Assembly: GCA_963663275.1 (NCBI GenBank)
Contig: OY760183.1
Location: 3,264,001-3,328,000 of the forward strand
Source of the DNA: Chloroflexota bacterium
GTDB lineage: Bacteria > Chloroflexota > UBA11872 > VXOZ01
Length of the DNA stretch: 64,000 bases
Direction: 5' to 3'
The notes under the pieces: generated by a model
What the model was told of the DNA's origin: nothing
What the model saw: the letters and a program-made list of their open reading frames with translations, nothing else
Databases searched by the model: none
Part shown: positions 1 through 8,979 of the stretch, in pieces
Layout of the letters: every line of letters begins with the position of its first letter
Numbering within the stretch: position 1 is the first letter of the stretch
Position numbers and translations under genes: made by a program

Positions 1-652
1 CAACGTGAACCGTGACATTGCCATCCACCTCACCCAGTTGATCCTGAAAGACTCGATCGAGAAGTTCCGCGCCGCCCCGGACCGCGCCACGCTGAAAGAG
101 GCGGAGGACTACTACGGCAATCCCAACTTCCCCAACGGGAAATTCGCCATGGTGCCGGGCGGCACGTTCATCATGAAGCCCTTCCGTGAAGCGGATCCGT
201 TCGAGTTTTCCACGGTGGAAGTGCCCTATACCGACATCACGGGAACCCAGGTGCGCGGCGCGTTCAACGGCCACGAGCAGATGAGCCTGCTGGCCGGCGG
301 CGCGGAAAACCCGGACGCCCAGGCGTTCGCCCTCTGGACCATGGGCGAGAAGCACCAACGCTGGATGGGCGGCGAGGGCTGGGCCGCGCCGGCGCTGCTC
401 TCGGCGGGCGACACGTTCGTGCCGCCGGCGGACGATCCCCGTCCGGCCGACATGAGCGCCTTCGTGAAGGCGATTGGCTACGCCACCAGCTTCTTCCCGC
501 ACCCGGCCTCGAGCCCGCTCTACAAGGCCGCGACGGCGGGGATCATCCAGTTTGTGGATGAAGGCAACATCACCGCCGAGGAGGCCATCGACCAGGGCAT
601 CGAGGGGATGCAGGTCGAGCTGGATACGTGGGAAAAGGAAAACGCTTCGTAG
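1..652 (+). CDS. ABC transporter sugar-type substrate-binding protein, C-terminal part (5' truncated by window)
   Basis: Open frame from window edge; GKFAMVPGG...FSTVEVP pattern and terminal 'EEAIDQG' helix typical of carbohydrate SBPs. Confidence 0.6.
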   Translation, partial: NVNRDIAIHLTQLILKDSIEKFRAAPDRATLKEAEDYYGNPNFPNGKFAMVPGGTFIMKPFREADPFEFSTVEVPYTDITGTQVRGAFNGHEQMSLLAGGAENPDAQAFALWTMGEKHQRWMGGEGWAAPALLSAGDTFVPPADDPRPADMSAFVKAIGYATSFFPHPASSPLYKAATAGIIQFVDEGNITAEEAIDQGIEGMQVELDTWEKENAS

Positions 653-673
653 TTCCCACAACGCCCTTCATGT

Positions 674-744
674 CCCCTCTCCCCGTGGGAGAGGGTTAGG
701 GTGAGGGCATAAACGGGTAGGGGCACGGCATGCCGTGCCCCTAC
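674..744. repeat. Palindrome family A (CCCTCTCCCnnnGGGAGAGGG-TAGGGTGAGGG) followed by GTAG-type REP (GTAGGGGCACGGCATGCCGTGCCCCTAC)
   Basis: Inverted repeats read directly; family A recurs near 7263, 10600, 22862, 22977, 36604, 42287, 51155, 51248, 54882, 61724. Confidence 0.85.
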
Positions 745-926
745 CGTCGCGTAAGTGACAAGTGTGCCTCCCGATCGCCGAGACTGTGAAGGCACTGCGA
801 ACCACCTGCTGTGCACTGGCGTTCCAGGCCGCCTTTGTCATGCGCTTACACTATAATGACTACCATCCAGTCTTTGAGACGAATGAGCACGACACGCGCA
901 CACAGAAGGCACTCAAGGATCGACCA

Positions 927-2423
927 ATGCAAACCCAACTCGATCACACCGAATCCGGCTCCGACACCGCCGCTCCCAGGCTCCGCAACTACGTCGGCGG
1001 CCAGTGGGTCACGCCGCAGACCGCAGACTACCTGGACGTGACGAACCCGGCCACGGGCGCAACCCTGGCGCGCGTGCCGCTCTCCACCAAGGAAGACACC
1101 GACGCGGCGGTGGCGGCGGCGCAGGCGGCGTTTCCCGAATGGCGCGCCACGCCGCCTTTGGAGCGCTCCCGCCTGCTCTTCGCGGTCAAGGCGCGCATGG
1201 AAGACCGCTTCGAGGACTTTGCCCGCGCCATCACCCAGGAGCACGGCAAGACCCTGGAGGACGCCCGCGGCTCCGTGCGCCGCGCCATCGAGAACGTGGA
1301 AGTGGCCTGTGGCATCCCCTCGCTGCTCATGGGCTACGGCCTGGAGGACGGCGCGGCCAAGGGCATCGACGAAGACGTGGTGCGCCAGCCGCTGGGGGTG
1401 TTCGCGGCGGTGTGTCCGTTCAACTTTCCGCTAATGGTGCCGTTCTGGTTCTGGCCCTACGCCGTGGCTTGCGGCAACACCTACATCATCAAGCCCTCGG
1501 AGCAGGTGCCCACCAGCATGAAACTGGTGTTCGACGAGTTAGACCGGTGCGGCTTTCCGCCCGGCGTGATCAACGTGGTGAACGGGTCGAAAGACGCCGT
1601 GGACGCCCTGCTGGATAATCCCCAGGTGCGCGGCGTCTCTTTCGTCGGCTCCACGCCCACGGCCCGCTATCTCTACGCCCGCGCCGGCGAGCAGGGCAAG
1701 CGGGTGCAGGCCCAGGGCGGCGCGAAGAACGTGATCGTGGTCATGCCCGACGCCGCGCTGGACGAAACCGTCGGCAACGTGATCAACTCGGCGTTCGGCT
1801 CCGCCGGCCAACGCTGCCTGGCCAGCTCGGTGGTGGTGACCGTGGGCGCGGGCCGCGAGCGCGTGCGCGACGCCATCGTCCAGGCCGCCGGCGCGCTCGC
1901 CGTGGGCAACGGCGCGGATGAGGGCGTCGAACTCGGCCCGGTCATCTCCCAGACCGCCAAAGAGCGCATTCTCGGCTACATCGAGCGCGGCGTGGACGAA
2001 GGCGCGGCGCTGCTCCTGGACGGCCGCCAGGCCGCGGCGGCGCAAGACGCCAACGGCGCGTTCGTCGGCGCGACCATCTTCGATGAGGTGCAGCCCGACA
2101 TGGCGCTCTTCACCGACGAAATCTTCGGCCCGGTGCTCAGCATGATGCACGTGAATACCCTCGACGACGCCATCACGCTCATCGAAAACCAGCGCTACGG
2201 CAACGCCGCCTCCATCTTCACCCAGGACGGCGCCGCCGCCCGCGAGTTCCGCTACCGCGCGCCCACCGGCAACATCGGCATCAACGTCGGCGTGGCCGCG
2301 CCCATGGCCTACTTCCCCTTCAGCGGCGCCAAAGAGTCCTTCTTCGGCACCCTCCACGGCCAAGGCCGCGACGCGATCGATTTCTTCACCGAACGCAAGG
2401 TGGTAATCACGCGGTGGTTCTAG
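927..2423 (+). CDS. mmsA: CoA-acylating (methyl)malonate-semialdehyde dehydrogenase
   Basis: ALDH motifs PFNFP, FVGST, GGAKN, GQRC, EIFGP; family-typical GINVGVAAPMAYFPFSG and C-terminal VITRWF; ATG 927 after AAGGA. Confidence 0.88.
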   Translation: MQTQLDHTESGSDTAAPRLRNYVGGQWVTPQTADYLDVTNPATGATLARVPLSTKEDTDAAVAAAQAAFPEWRATPPLERSRLLFAVKARMEDRFEDFARAITQEHGKTLEDARGSVRRAIENVEVACGIPSLLMGYGLEDGAAKGIDEDVVRQPLGVFAAVCPFNFPLMVPFWFWPYAVACGNTYIIKPSEQVPTSMKLVFDELDRCGFPPGVINVVNGSKDAVDALLDNPQVRGVSFVGSTPTARYLYARAGEQGKRVQAQGGAKNVIVVMPDAALDETVGNVINSAFGSAGQRCLASSVVVTVGAGRERVRDAIVQAAGALAVGNGADEGVELGPVISQTAKERILGYIERGVDEGAALLLDGRQAAAAQDANGAFVGATIFDEVQPDMALFTDEIFGPVLSMMHVNTLDDAITLIENQRYGNAASIFTQDGAAAREFRYRAPTGNIGINVGVAAPMAYFPFSGAKESFFGTLHGQGRDAIDFFTERKVVITRWF

Positions 2424-2561
2424 GCGCGATGCGCGCGGGAAGCGCCGGCGGGCGCACGGTCATTCGCTTTCAAGCCGCGAAATCACGATCTTCTACGCGC
2501 AATGTCCCTGTGGAGCGTGCTAGAATATGGGTGCGATTCAACCTATAAGGAGAACACGACC

Positions 2562-2897
2562 ATGTCGCGGTTGACGGTAGAGGAACGACTTAGCCGCCTT
2601 GAAGGTGTCTACGAACACCTGGCAACCAAGACGGACATTGCTAACCTGAACACCGAGATCGCTAACGTGAAGACCAGCATAACAAGCCTGGAGTCCGGTT
2701 TGAGAACCGACATGGCAAGCTCGGAGGCCAGGTTAAGAGCCGGCACGGCCAGCCTGGAAACTGGAATGAAGTCCGAAATGGCCAACCTCAGAACGGACTT
2801 GCGCGAGATGGAAGTGCGGCTCACCCGCTGGATGATTGGCAGTATGGCCGTGTGGGCGGCGGTCATCATCGGCGCGATTCGCATTCTCGGCGGCTAA
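2562..2897 (+). CDS. DUF1640/CCDC90-like coiled-coil protein with C-terminal TM helix
   Basis: HLATKTDI motif, roughly 11-aa coiled-coil repeats, 'RLTRWMIG' then hydrophobic tail; AAGGAG RBS. Confidence 0.7.
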   Translation: MSRLTVEERLSRLEGVYEHLATKTDIANLNTEIANVKTSITSLESGLRTDMASSEARLRAGTASLETGMKSEMANLRTDLREMEVRLTRWMIGSMAVWAAVIIGAIRILGG

Positions 2898-3001
2898 CTC
2901 ACCGTTGGCTTGATGCGCGACATGATTGACGCTGAATCATCTACAGTCTGGAGCACGCGGCGCAGTTGCAGTCAAGGCAGATAGAGAAGTGAGCATAAGA
3001 C

Positions 3002-3301
3002 ATGACGATGCGGGATGAACGGGCGTTGTGGTGCGTGGAGTGGGGCCGGCGCGCCACGGAGGGACGTTACTATCCGGACGGCTACTCGCTGCACACCTCG
3101 CTGGACGACGCCGAGGCGTACCAGCAGGTCAACCTGACGCGCTCCATGGCCGCCACCCAATGGCAGGGCGAGCCGCGCGTGCTCCTGCGCAAGCCCTACC
3201 GCTGCCTGGTGCCCGACTGGCAATACCAGCAAACCCTGGCCAGCGACATCGGCATGCACTTCAGCGGCGCTTCTCCCGTGCCGCTTGCCGAGGCCGGCTA
3301 G
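3002..3301 (+). CDS. hypothetical protein
   Basis: 99-aa ORF with host-like GC3 codon usage filling the gap between two genes. Confidence 0.5.
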   Translation: MTMRDERALWCVEWGRRATEGRYYPDGYSLHTSLDDAEAYQQVNLTRSMAATQWQGEPRVLLRKPYRCLVPDWQYQQTLASDIGMHFSGASPVPLAEAG

Positions 3302-3444
3302 AGTCTGCCGCGCTGAACCGCCGCATTGTGCCGTTCATCGAGGGCAGGCGCGAGCGTGCAGATTGAGCCGCCCAGGGTCGTTAGCGTCCCGTCTTCCCTG
3401 ACGAAAGTGCCAAATCGTGCCGCTTCTTGAATCCACAGCGCGCT

Positions 3445-4155
3445 ATGACCCCTGAACTCGTCACCGCAATCCGCCAGGCGCTGGCTGACAACGCCAACCC
3501 GGAGAAGGCGCAGGGCATGAGAGCCTACATGAAGTCGGCCATGCCGTACCGGGGCGTGCAGACGCCCATGCGCCGCAGGCTGGCGCGCGCCGCGTTGCGC
3601 GCCCATCCGCCGGCCGGCCGGGAGGACTGGCTCGCCGCCATCCACGCACTCTGGCGCAACGCCGACTACCGCGAGGAACGCTACGCCGCGTTGGACGTGA
3701 CCGGCGCGCCGCAATTTCGCGCCTTTCGCGGGCTTGAGACCCTGCCGCTCTATGAAGAGATGGTCGTCAGCGGCGCGTGGTGGGACCTAGTGGACGACGT
3801 CGCCACCCACAAACTGCGCGAACTGGTGGATAACCATCCGGCGGAGATGGCCGCCCACATGCGCGCCTGGAGCCGCGACCCGAACCTCTGGAAGCGCCGC
3901 TCGGCCATCATCTGCCAGGTGAAGCGCAAAGAGGCGACCGACCTGGCGCTGCTCCGCGACTGCATCGAGCCGAACCTCGCCGACCCGGACTTCTTCATCC
4001 GCAAGGCCATCGGTTGGGCGTTGCGCGACCTGGCGTGGACCGATCTGGATACGGTGGAGGGCTACGTCGCCCGCCACGCCGACCGCCTCAGCCCGCTCTC
4101 CCGCCGCGAAGCCCTCAAGAACGCCGCCGCCATCCGCGCCGGACGGCCCCGTTGA
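3445..4155 (+). CDS. DNA alkylation repair protein (AlkD-like)
   Basis: AYMKSAMPYRGV, WWDLVD, WKRRSAI and DFFIRKAIGWALR motifs. Confidence 0.85.
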   Translation: MTPELVTAIRQALADNANPEKAQGMRAYMKSAMPYRGVQTPMRRRLARAALRAHPPAGREDWLAAIHALWRNADYREERYAALDVTGAPQFRAFRGLETLPLYEEMVVSGAWWDLVDDVATHKLRELVDNHPAEMAAHMRAWSRDPNLWKRRSAIICQVKRKEATDLALLRDCIEPNLADPDFFIRKAIGWALRDLAWTDLDTVEGYVARHADRLSPLSRREALKNAAAIRAGRPR

Positions 4156-4203
4156 CCGTTCCGCCCAGGCAATCGGACGGCAGCGCAACGCCCATCCACG
4201 TTG

Positions 4204-4233
4204 TTGACTTAATTGACCCATTTAGTTAAGATA
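4204..4233 (+). promoter_or_regulatory. sigma70/sigmaA promoter with overlapping AT-rich operator-like site
   Basis: TTGACT(4204-4209)-17 bp-TAAGAT(4227-4232) upstream of the rhodanese gene. Confidence 0.65.
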
Positions 4234-4293
4234 GAAGTAACTCGTTTCCTCGCTCGAACAATTGCACACAGCCCCTATAGGAGGCACAGGACA

Positions 4294-5253
4294 ATGCAGA
4301 GAGGATTTTCCCGACGGATGTTCCTGCACTTCACTGCTCTCGCAGCCGGAGGCGCGCTGCTCGCCGCCGCCTGCGGAGAAGGCGCCGCGCCGGCCGGAGA
4401 TGCGCCGGATGGCCCGCAAGGCTACGCCAATCCCGGCCTGTTGGTGGAGACCGACTGGCTGGCGGAGAATCTCGGCAATGCGGACTTGCGCATCATCGAC
4501 GTGCGTTCGGCGGAAGACTACGCCGCCGGCCACGTGCCCAACGCCATCAACATCCACTCGCGCACGTTCGTCGATCCCGATAACGAAATCAGCGGCATGC
4601 TCATCCCGCCGGAAGCGTTCGCCGCGCTGGTGGGCGAGCACGGCATCAGCGACGAATCCGAGGTCGTGGTCTACGGCAGCGGCAACATCCTCTGGGCCAC
4701 CCGCGTCTTCTGGGCGCTGGAACTCTACGGCAACCGCAACGCCAAGGTGCTGAACGGCGGCTTTGCCAAGTGGGCCGAGGAAGAGCGCGAGTTGTCCACG
4801 GAGGTACCCTCGTTCCCCGCGGCCACGTTCACGATTAACTTCGATCCGCTCCTGATTGGCACGTTCGAAGAGGTGCAGGCCGCCATCGAGAGCGGCGACG
4901 AGAACGCCGTGGTGCTGGATAACCGCTCCGCGGGCGAGTACTCCGGGCGTGACGTGCGCTCCGACCGGGGCGGCCACATTCCGGGCGCCATCAACCAGGA
5001 TTGGGTCGTCTACCTCAACGGCGGCGACGCGCGCACCTTCAAGTCGGCCGCGGAACTGACGGCGCTCTTCGATGACGCCGGCATCACCGAAGACACGGTG
5101 GTCTACGCCCACTGCCAGACCGCGGTGCGCTCCTCGGTGGCCTATTTCGTGGCGCGGCTGCTGGGCTACAACAACGTGCAGAACTACGACGGCGCCTGGG
5201 CCGAGTGGGGCAATAACGCGGACGTGCCGATCAACACCGGCTCCAACCCGTAG
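4294..5253 (+). CDS. Tandem-domain rhodanese/sulfurtransferase with Tat lipoprotein signal
   Basis: SRRMFL...LLAAAC signal; GHVPNA and GHIPGA; active-site HCQTAVRS; YDGAWAEW signature. Confidence 0.88.
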   Translation: MQRGFSRRMFLHFTALAAGGALLAAACGEGAAPAGDAPDGPQGYANPGLLVETDWLAENLGNADLRIIDVRSAEDYAAGHVPNAINIHSRTFVDPDNEISGMLIPPEAFAALVGEHGISDESEVVVYGSGNILWATRVFWALELYGNRNAKVLNGGFAKWAEEERELSTEVPSFPAATFTINFDPLLIGTFEEVQAAIESGDENAVVLDNRSAGEYSGRDVRSDRGGHIPGAINQDWVVYLNGGDARTFKSAAELTALFDDAGITEDTVVYAHCQTAVRSSVAYFVARLLGYNNVQNYDGAWAEWGNNADVPINTGSNP

Positions 5254-5549
5254 GAGACCCTTGCACTACCCCTTCCCCATTGAGGGCTGACAGGGGTAGG
5301 CATTCTACATCCGACTTCACGTGTCATTCCGAGCGGAGCGCAGCGGAGAGAGGAATCTAAGGCTTTCGTGGCAAAAACGTCGGTTCTAGATTCCTCGCTC
5401 CGCTCGGAATGACACGTGCCTACCCCTGTCAGCCCATTGAGGGGGAAGGTTGGGATGGGGGTGAAATAGCTTGACATCAAGCTGTGTTTAGTGAGACATC
5501 GCCCTGGATTCCGGCTTCCGCCGGAATGACGGAGATTTGCAGAGGTTTC
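5254..5549. mobile_element. MITE type 1 (GAGACC-TTGCA termini, 5-bp TSD CGTAG) containing nested MITE type 2 (5286-5433, 17-bp TIR, 9-bp TSD)
   Basis: CGTAG at 5249-5253 and 5550-5554; inner TIR GCTGACAGGGGTAGGCA/TGCCTACCCCTGTCAGC flanked by CCATTGAGG at 5277-5285 and 5434-5442. Confidence 0.8.
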
Positions 5550-5585
5550 CGTAGGGTTGTCGCCGCGCTAAACCCGTCTATCCTG

Positions 5586-5621
5586 AAAGGACGCGCGCTT
5601 GGTCGCGCGTCCTTTCTCTTT
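5586..5621 (+). terminator. Rho-independent terminator of rhodanese gene
   Basis: AAAGGACGCGCG-cttggt-CGCGCGTCCTTT followed by CTCTTT. Confidence 0.65.
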
Positions 5622-5930
5622 GCCGCTAATCGCGGCAGCGCCAAGATGGCTCCCAGCTTTCGCGGGATTGTACGTGTCAGCGAATTCATTGACAGAATCC
5701 GCTCCTCAAAGGGAGCCTTGAATGTCAATGTCATTCCGAGCGGAGCGAGGAATCTAGGGTCGGCGCCCCAACCTGCATGGTTGGCTCGCCGTCTCTCTTT
5801 CTCTTTGGCTGAGCAACTACCCCCAGTAGAAAGCACACTTGCGCTCCCCCTGTCGTTTGTCCACAATGAGAGCAACGACTCGCTTGTCATTGCCCGTTCA
5901 ATTCCGCAGCCACTGGAGGAGAAACAACCC

Positions 5931-7193
5931 ATGCAGACCGTAGAGCAAGAGCAACTTGCCATCGACGGCGGCCCCAGGACCGTAGACTACAAGTTCCCCA
6001 CCAACAGCGACATCAGCGGCCGCATGTTCGGCGACGAAGAGATCGCCGAACTGACCGACGTGATCCGCTCCGGCAACCTGAACGTGCTCGGCGGGCCCAA
6101 GGTGCAGCAGTTTGAGGAAGAGTGGAAGCGGACCTTTGGCGTCAAGCACGCCGTTACCAGCACCTCCGGCACCGCCGCGCTGCACGTGGGCGTGCTGGCC
6201 GTGGGGCCCAACCCCGGCGACGAGATCATCGTCGCGCCGATTACGGACATCGGCAGCCTGATTGCCATCCTCTACCAGCTTGCCGTGCCGGTCTTCGCCG
6301 ACGTAGACCCGCTCTCGGGCATCATTACCGCCGAGACCATCGAGCCGTGCATCACCGAGCGCACCGTGGCCATCATGGTGGTGCACCTCCAAGGCAACGC
6401 GGCGGTGATGGACCCCATCATGGAACTGGCCCGCAAGCACAACCTGCTGGTAATCGAGGACTGTTCCCAGGCGCACATGGCGGCCTACAACGGCCGCTAC
6501 GCCGGCACTATCGGCGACATCGGCTGCTACTCCTTCCAGCAGAGCAAGCACATGACCACCGGCGACGGCGGCATGACCGTGACGAACAACGACTACCTGG
6601 GCGAGCGCATCATGCTGGCCCACAACAAAGGCCGGGGCCGCAGCGGGCGCGAGAACCAGCCGCCCTTCCTGGCGCCCAACTACCGCATGACGGAACTGCA
6701 AGGCGCGGTCGGCCTGGCCCAGTTGCGCAAACTGCCGACCATCACGGGCCTGCGCACCAAGTGGGGCAACATGCTGAGCGACCTGGTTGAGGACGTGCCC
6801 GGCGTCATCCCGCCGCGCGCGCCCACGCCGGAGAGCACCCACGTCTTCTGGAATTGGTGCCCGCTGGCCAAGCTGGAAGAACTGTCCGTCGGGCTGGACG
6901 ACTTGTCCAAGGCCTTTGCGCACGAGGGCGTGGGCTTCGGCGCGGGCTACACGCGCACGCCGATCTACGAGTACGACGTGCTGAAGAACCGCCGCTTCTT
7001 TGGCGAATCGGCCTTCCCGCTGCTGGATCCCGCCAACGGACGCGACGTGCGCTACTACACCGGCATGTGCCCCAACGCGGAAAGCATCCTGAAACGCATG
7101 CTCGTGCGGCATATCAACGAGAAGTGCACCGAGGAAATGATCCACGACATGGCCCGCGCCATCCGCAAGGTGTTCACCCACTACGCCCAGTAA
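5931..7193 (+). CDS. DegT/DnrJ/EryC1/StrS PLP-dependent aminotransferase
   Basis: SGTAALH, IEDCSQAH, SFQQSKHMTTGDGG (PLP lysine), NYRMTELQ; GGAGGAG RBS. Confidence 0.9.
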   Translation: MQTVEQEQLAIDGGPRTVDYKFPTNSDISGRMFGDEEIAELTDVIRSGNLNVLGGPKVQQFEEEWKRTFGVKHAVTSTSGTAALHVGVLAVGPNPGDEIIVAPITDIGSLIAILYQLAVPVFADVDPLSGIITAETIEPCITERTVAIMVVHLQGNAAVMDPIMELARKHNLLVIEDCSQAHMAAYNGRYAGTIGDIGCYSFQQSKHMTTGDGGMTVTNNDYLGERIMLAHNKGRGRSGRENQPPFLAPNYRMTELQGAVGLAQLRKLPTITGLRTKWGNMLSDLVEDVPGVIPPRAPTPESTHVFWNWCPLAKLEELSVGLDDLSKAFAHEGVGFGAGYTRTPIYEYDVLKNRRFFGESAFPLLDPANGRDVRYYTGMCPNAESILKRMLVRHINEKCTEEMIHDMARAIRKVFTHYAQ

Positions 7194-7372
7194 GGCGCGG
7201 CAGCGAAATCCCACGTCCGAAACACCGCTCGAGACCCTTGCGCAGCCTAAATCGGACATCCTGTCCCCTCTCCCTGGAGGGAGAGGGTTAGGGTGAGGGT
7301 GGCCTCTGGTTGAATATCCCCTAACCGCTGACAGACCGTGACGGTAAGCAGAAGGACGAAGGCGCAACAGCC

Positions 7373-8287
7373 ATGAAAATCTACATCTTTGCCGACCAGG
7401 AGGGCGTGGCCGGCGTCTTCAACCGGCGCGAGGGCTACCTGAACGCCAGCGAATACGCCACCATGGAACTGGCGGCAATCTGCGAGGCGCTCCTGGACAA
7501 CGGCGTCAGCGAGATCGTGCTGAACACGATCCACACCATGGAGTACCACAAGCTGCCAAAGCCGGTGCAAATCATCCACGGCCTGCCCCGGCACGACATC
7601 TTTACCGAGTGCCTCGACGAGACGTTCGACGCCGCCATGCTCGTCGGCTTTCACGAGATGGCCGGCAACCGCGAGAAGGGCTGCTGGCGGCACAGCATTC
7701 TGCCTCACCCCATTACGCGCGCCTATAGCGCCGTGGAAGGCATCTGGCTGAACGACCTGCTGGTGGGCGAAATCGGCATCTTCGTGGCGTTCGCGGGCAT
7801 CCACAACGTGCCGGCGGTGCTGAACACCGGCGACTACTGGGCCTGCCTGGAAGCCGAAGACCTGGTGCCCGGCATCGAGACGGTGGCGGTGAAGAAGGGC
7901 ACCAGCCACTTCAGCGCCATCTCCATGACGCCCCAGGCCGCGGCGGAAGCGGCGGCGGCAGGCGCGGTGCGCGCGCTGGACAAGATCGGCGCGGTGCAGC
8001 CCCTGAAGCTGGCAGGCCCGGTGACGCTCAAGGTGAAATACACCTTCGCCGAGCGCGCTACCGACGCCATGAGCGCGGTGGCCAACGCCTTCCGCATCGA
8101 CGAACAGACCGTGGCCGCCACCTATCCCAACATCGCCGCCGTGCGCGACAATCTGGGCAACCTGCGCGCGCCGGAAATGGAAATCTACGCCAAAGACTCC
8201 GGCTTCAGCCAAACCACCGGCTTCTTCACCCGCACCGGCGGGGAGCCGTACGAGAGCAAACCGACGTATCCGCCGCCACGCAGATGA
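7373..8287 (+). CDS. M55 family metallopeptidase (DppA-like D-aminopeptidase)
   Basis: MKIYIFADQEG start, VGFH, HS, VGEIG and TVAVKKG motifs. Confidence 0.8.
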   Translation: MKIYIFADQEGVAGVFNRREGYLNASEYATMELAAICEALLDNGVSEIVLNTIHTMEYHKLPKPVQIIHGLPRHDIFTECLDETFDAAMLVGFHEMAGNREKGCWRHSILPHPITRAYSAVEGIWLNDLLVGEIGIFVAFAGIHNVPAVLNTGDYWACLEAEDLVPGIETVAVKKGTSHFSAISMTPQAAAEAAAAGAVRALDKIGAVQPLKLAGPVTLKVKYTFAERATDAMSAVANAFRIDEQTVAATYPNIAAVRDNLGNLRAPEMEIYAKDSGFSQTTGFFTRTGGEPYESKPTYPPPRR

Positions 8288-8407
8288 TGCAGCCGTCAAG
8301 TCGTCTGTTTGCCTATGGCTTCAGCGGCGCGTTCCCTGCGTAGGGGCGGTTCGCGAACCGCCCCTACCGCTGCAGCAGACCCTTGAAGACTGGAAAGGAA
8401 AAGACGT

Positions 8408-8635
8408 TTGGCACCGAATCGTGAGAGATTCTCCTGCGAGGTAGACTCAGATCTCCTGGCCGCTTTACGTACGATCGCTGATCGCGAAGGGCGCAAGTTT
8501 GAGGACGTGCTGGAAGACGCCATGCGCGACTATATTGAAGCGCGCGCACAGGAAGCGCCGCGCGCGTCCGTAATGGCACACTTCCGGGCCAGTCTCGATA
8601 AGAACCGTCAACTCGGTAAGTTGCTCGCCGAGTGA
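8408..8635 (+). CDS. RHH-type antitoxin (Doc-partner-like), orphan
   Basis: TTG start after GGAAAGG; RHH-like N-terminus; stop overlaps a GTG-ACG-GAC start with no toxin ORF following. Confidence 0.65.
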   Translation: MAPNRERFSCEVDSDLLAALRTIADREGRKFEDVLEDAMRDYIEARAQEAPRASVMAHFRASLDKNRQLGKLLAE

Positions 8636-8660
8636 CGGACTCATCCCCAAACGTCCGCTC

Positions 8661-8810
8661 AACAAAACAAAAGGAGCGCCCGGTGCACGTGCACCGCTGG
8701 CGCTCCTCTAATTTCCTGAGGCCGCTCCGCAGTCTCGTTACCGAGACCTGACGGAGGCGGCCCTGGATCTACAACTTACATCCATGGGCATCACCTCCTT
8801 TCTCTTGCGA
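8661..8810 (-). ncRNA. Candidate stand-alone structured small transcript containing a 15-codon ORF (8785-8738)
   Basis: TAGACA-18-TATGAT promoter, AAAGGAGGTGAT SD, long GUAA-capped hairpin, intrinsic terminator with U tract. Confidence 0.6.
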
Positions 8811-8979
8811 CCCATCATACACTATGGGCGGCCACGCTGTCTACCCGGCTATCACGCCCAAGAGATGAGCAACCCCGATCGCTTCCTCATCACTCCCTTG
8901 CGGAGGACTTGGGCCGGTTACCAATAGTATCGCACTGACCGCTGCACCGACAGAGGTGGGGCAAGTAGGCGCCGCCGTC

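Noticed and set aside
5484-5930. N-terminal extensions in the ORF track (DegT, mmsA, trpE, trpD, SelA-like)
   Set aside because: They run through repeats, the T-box or upstream genes; downstream starts have RBSs and match family N-termini
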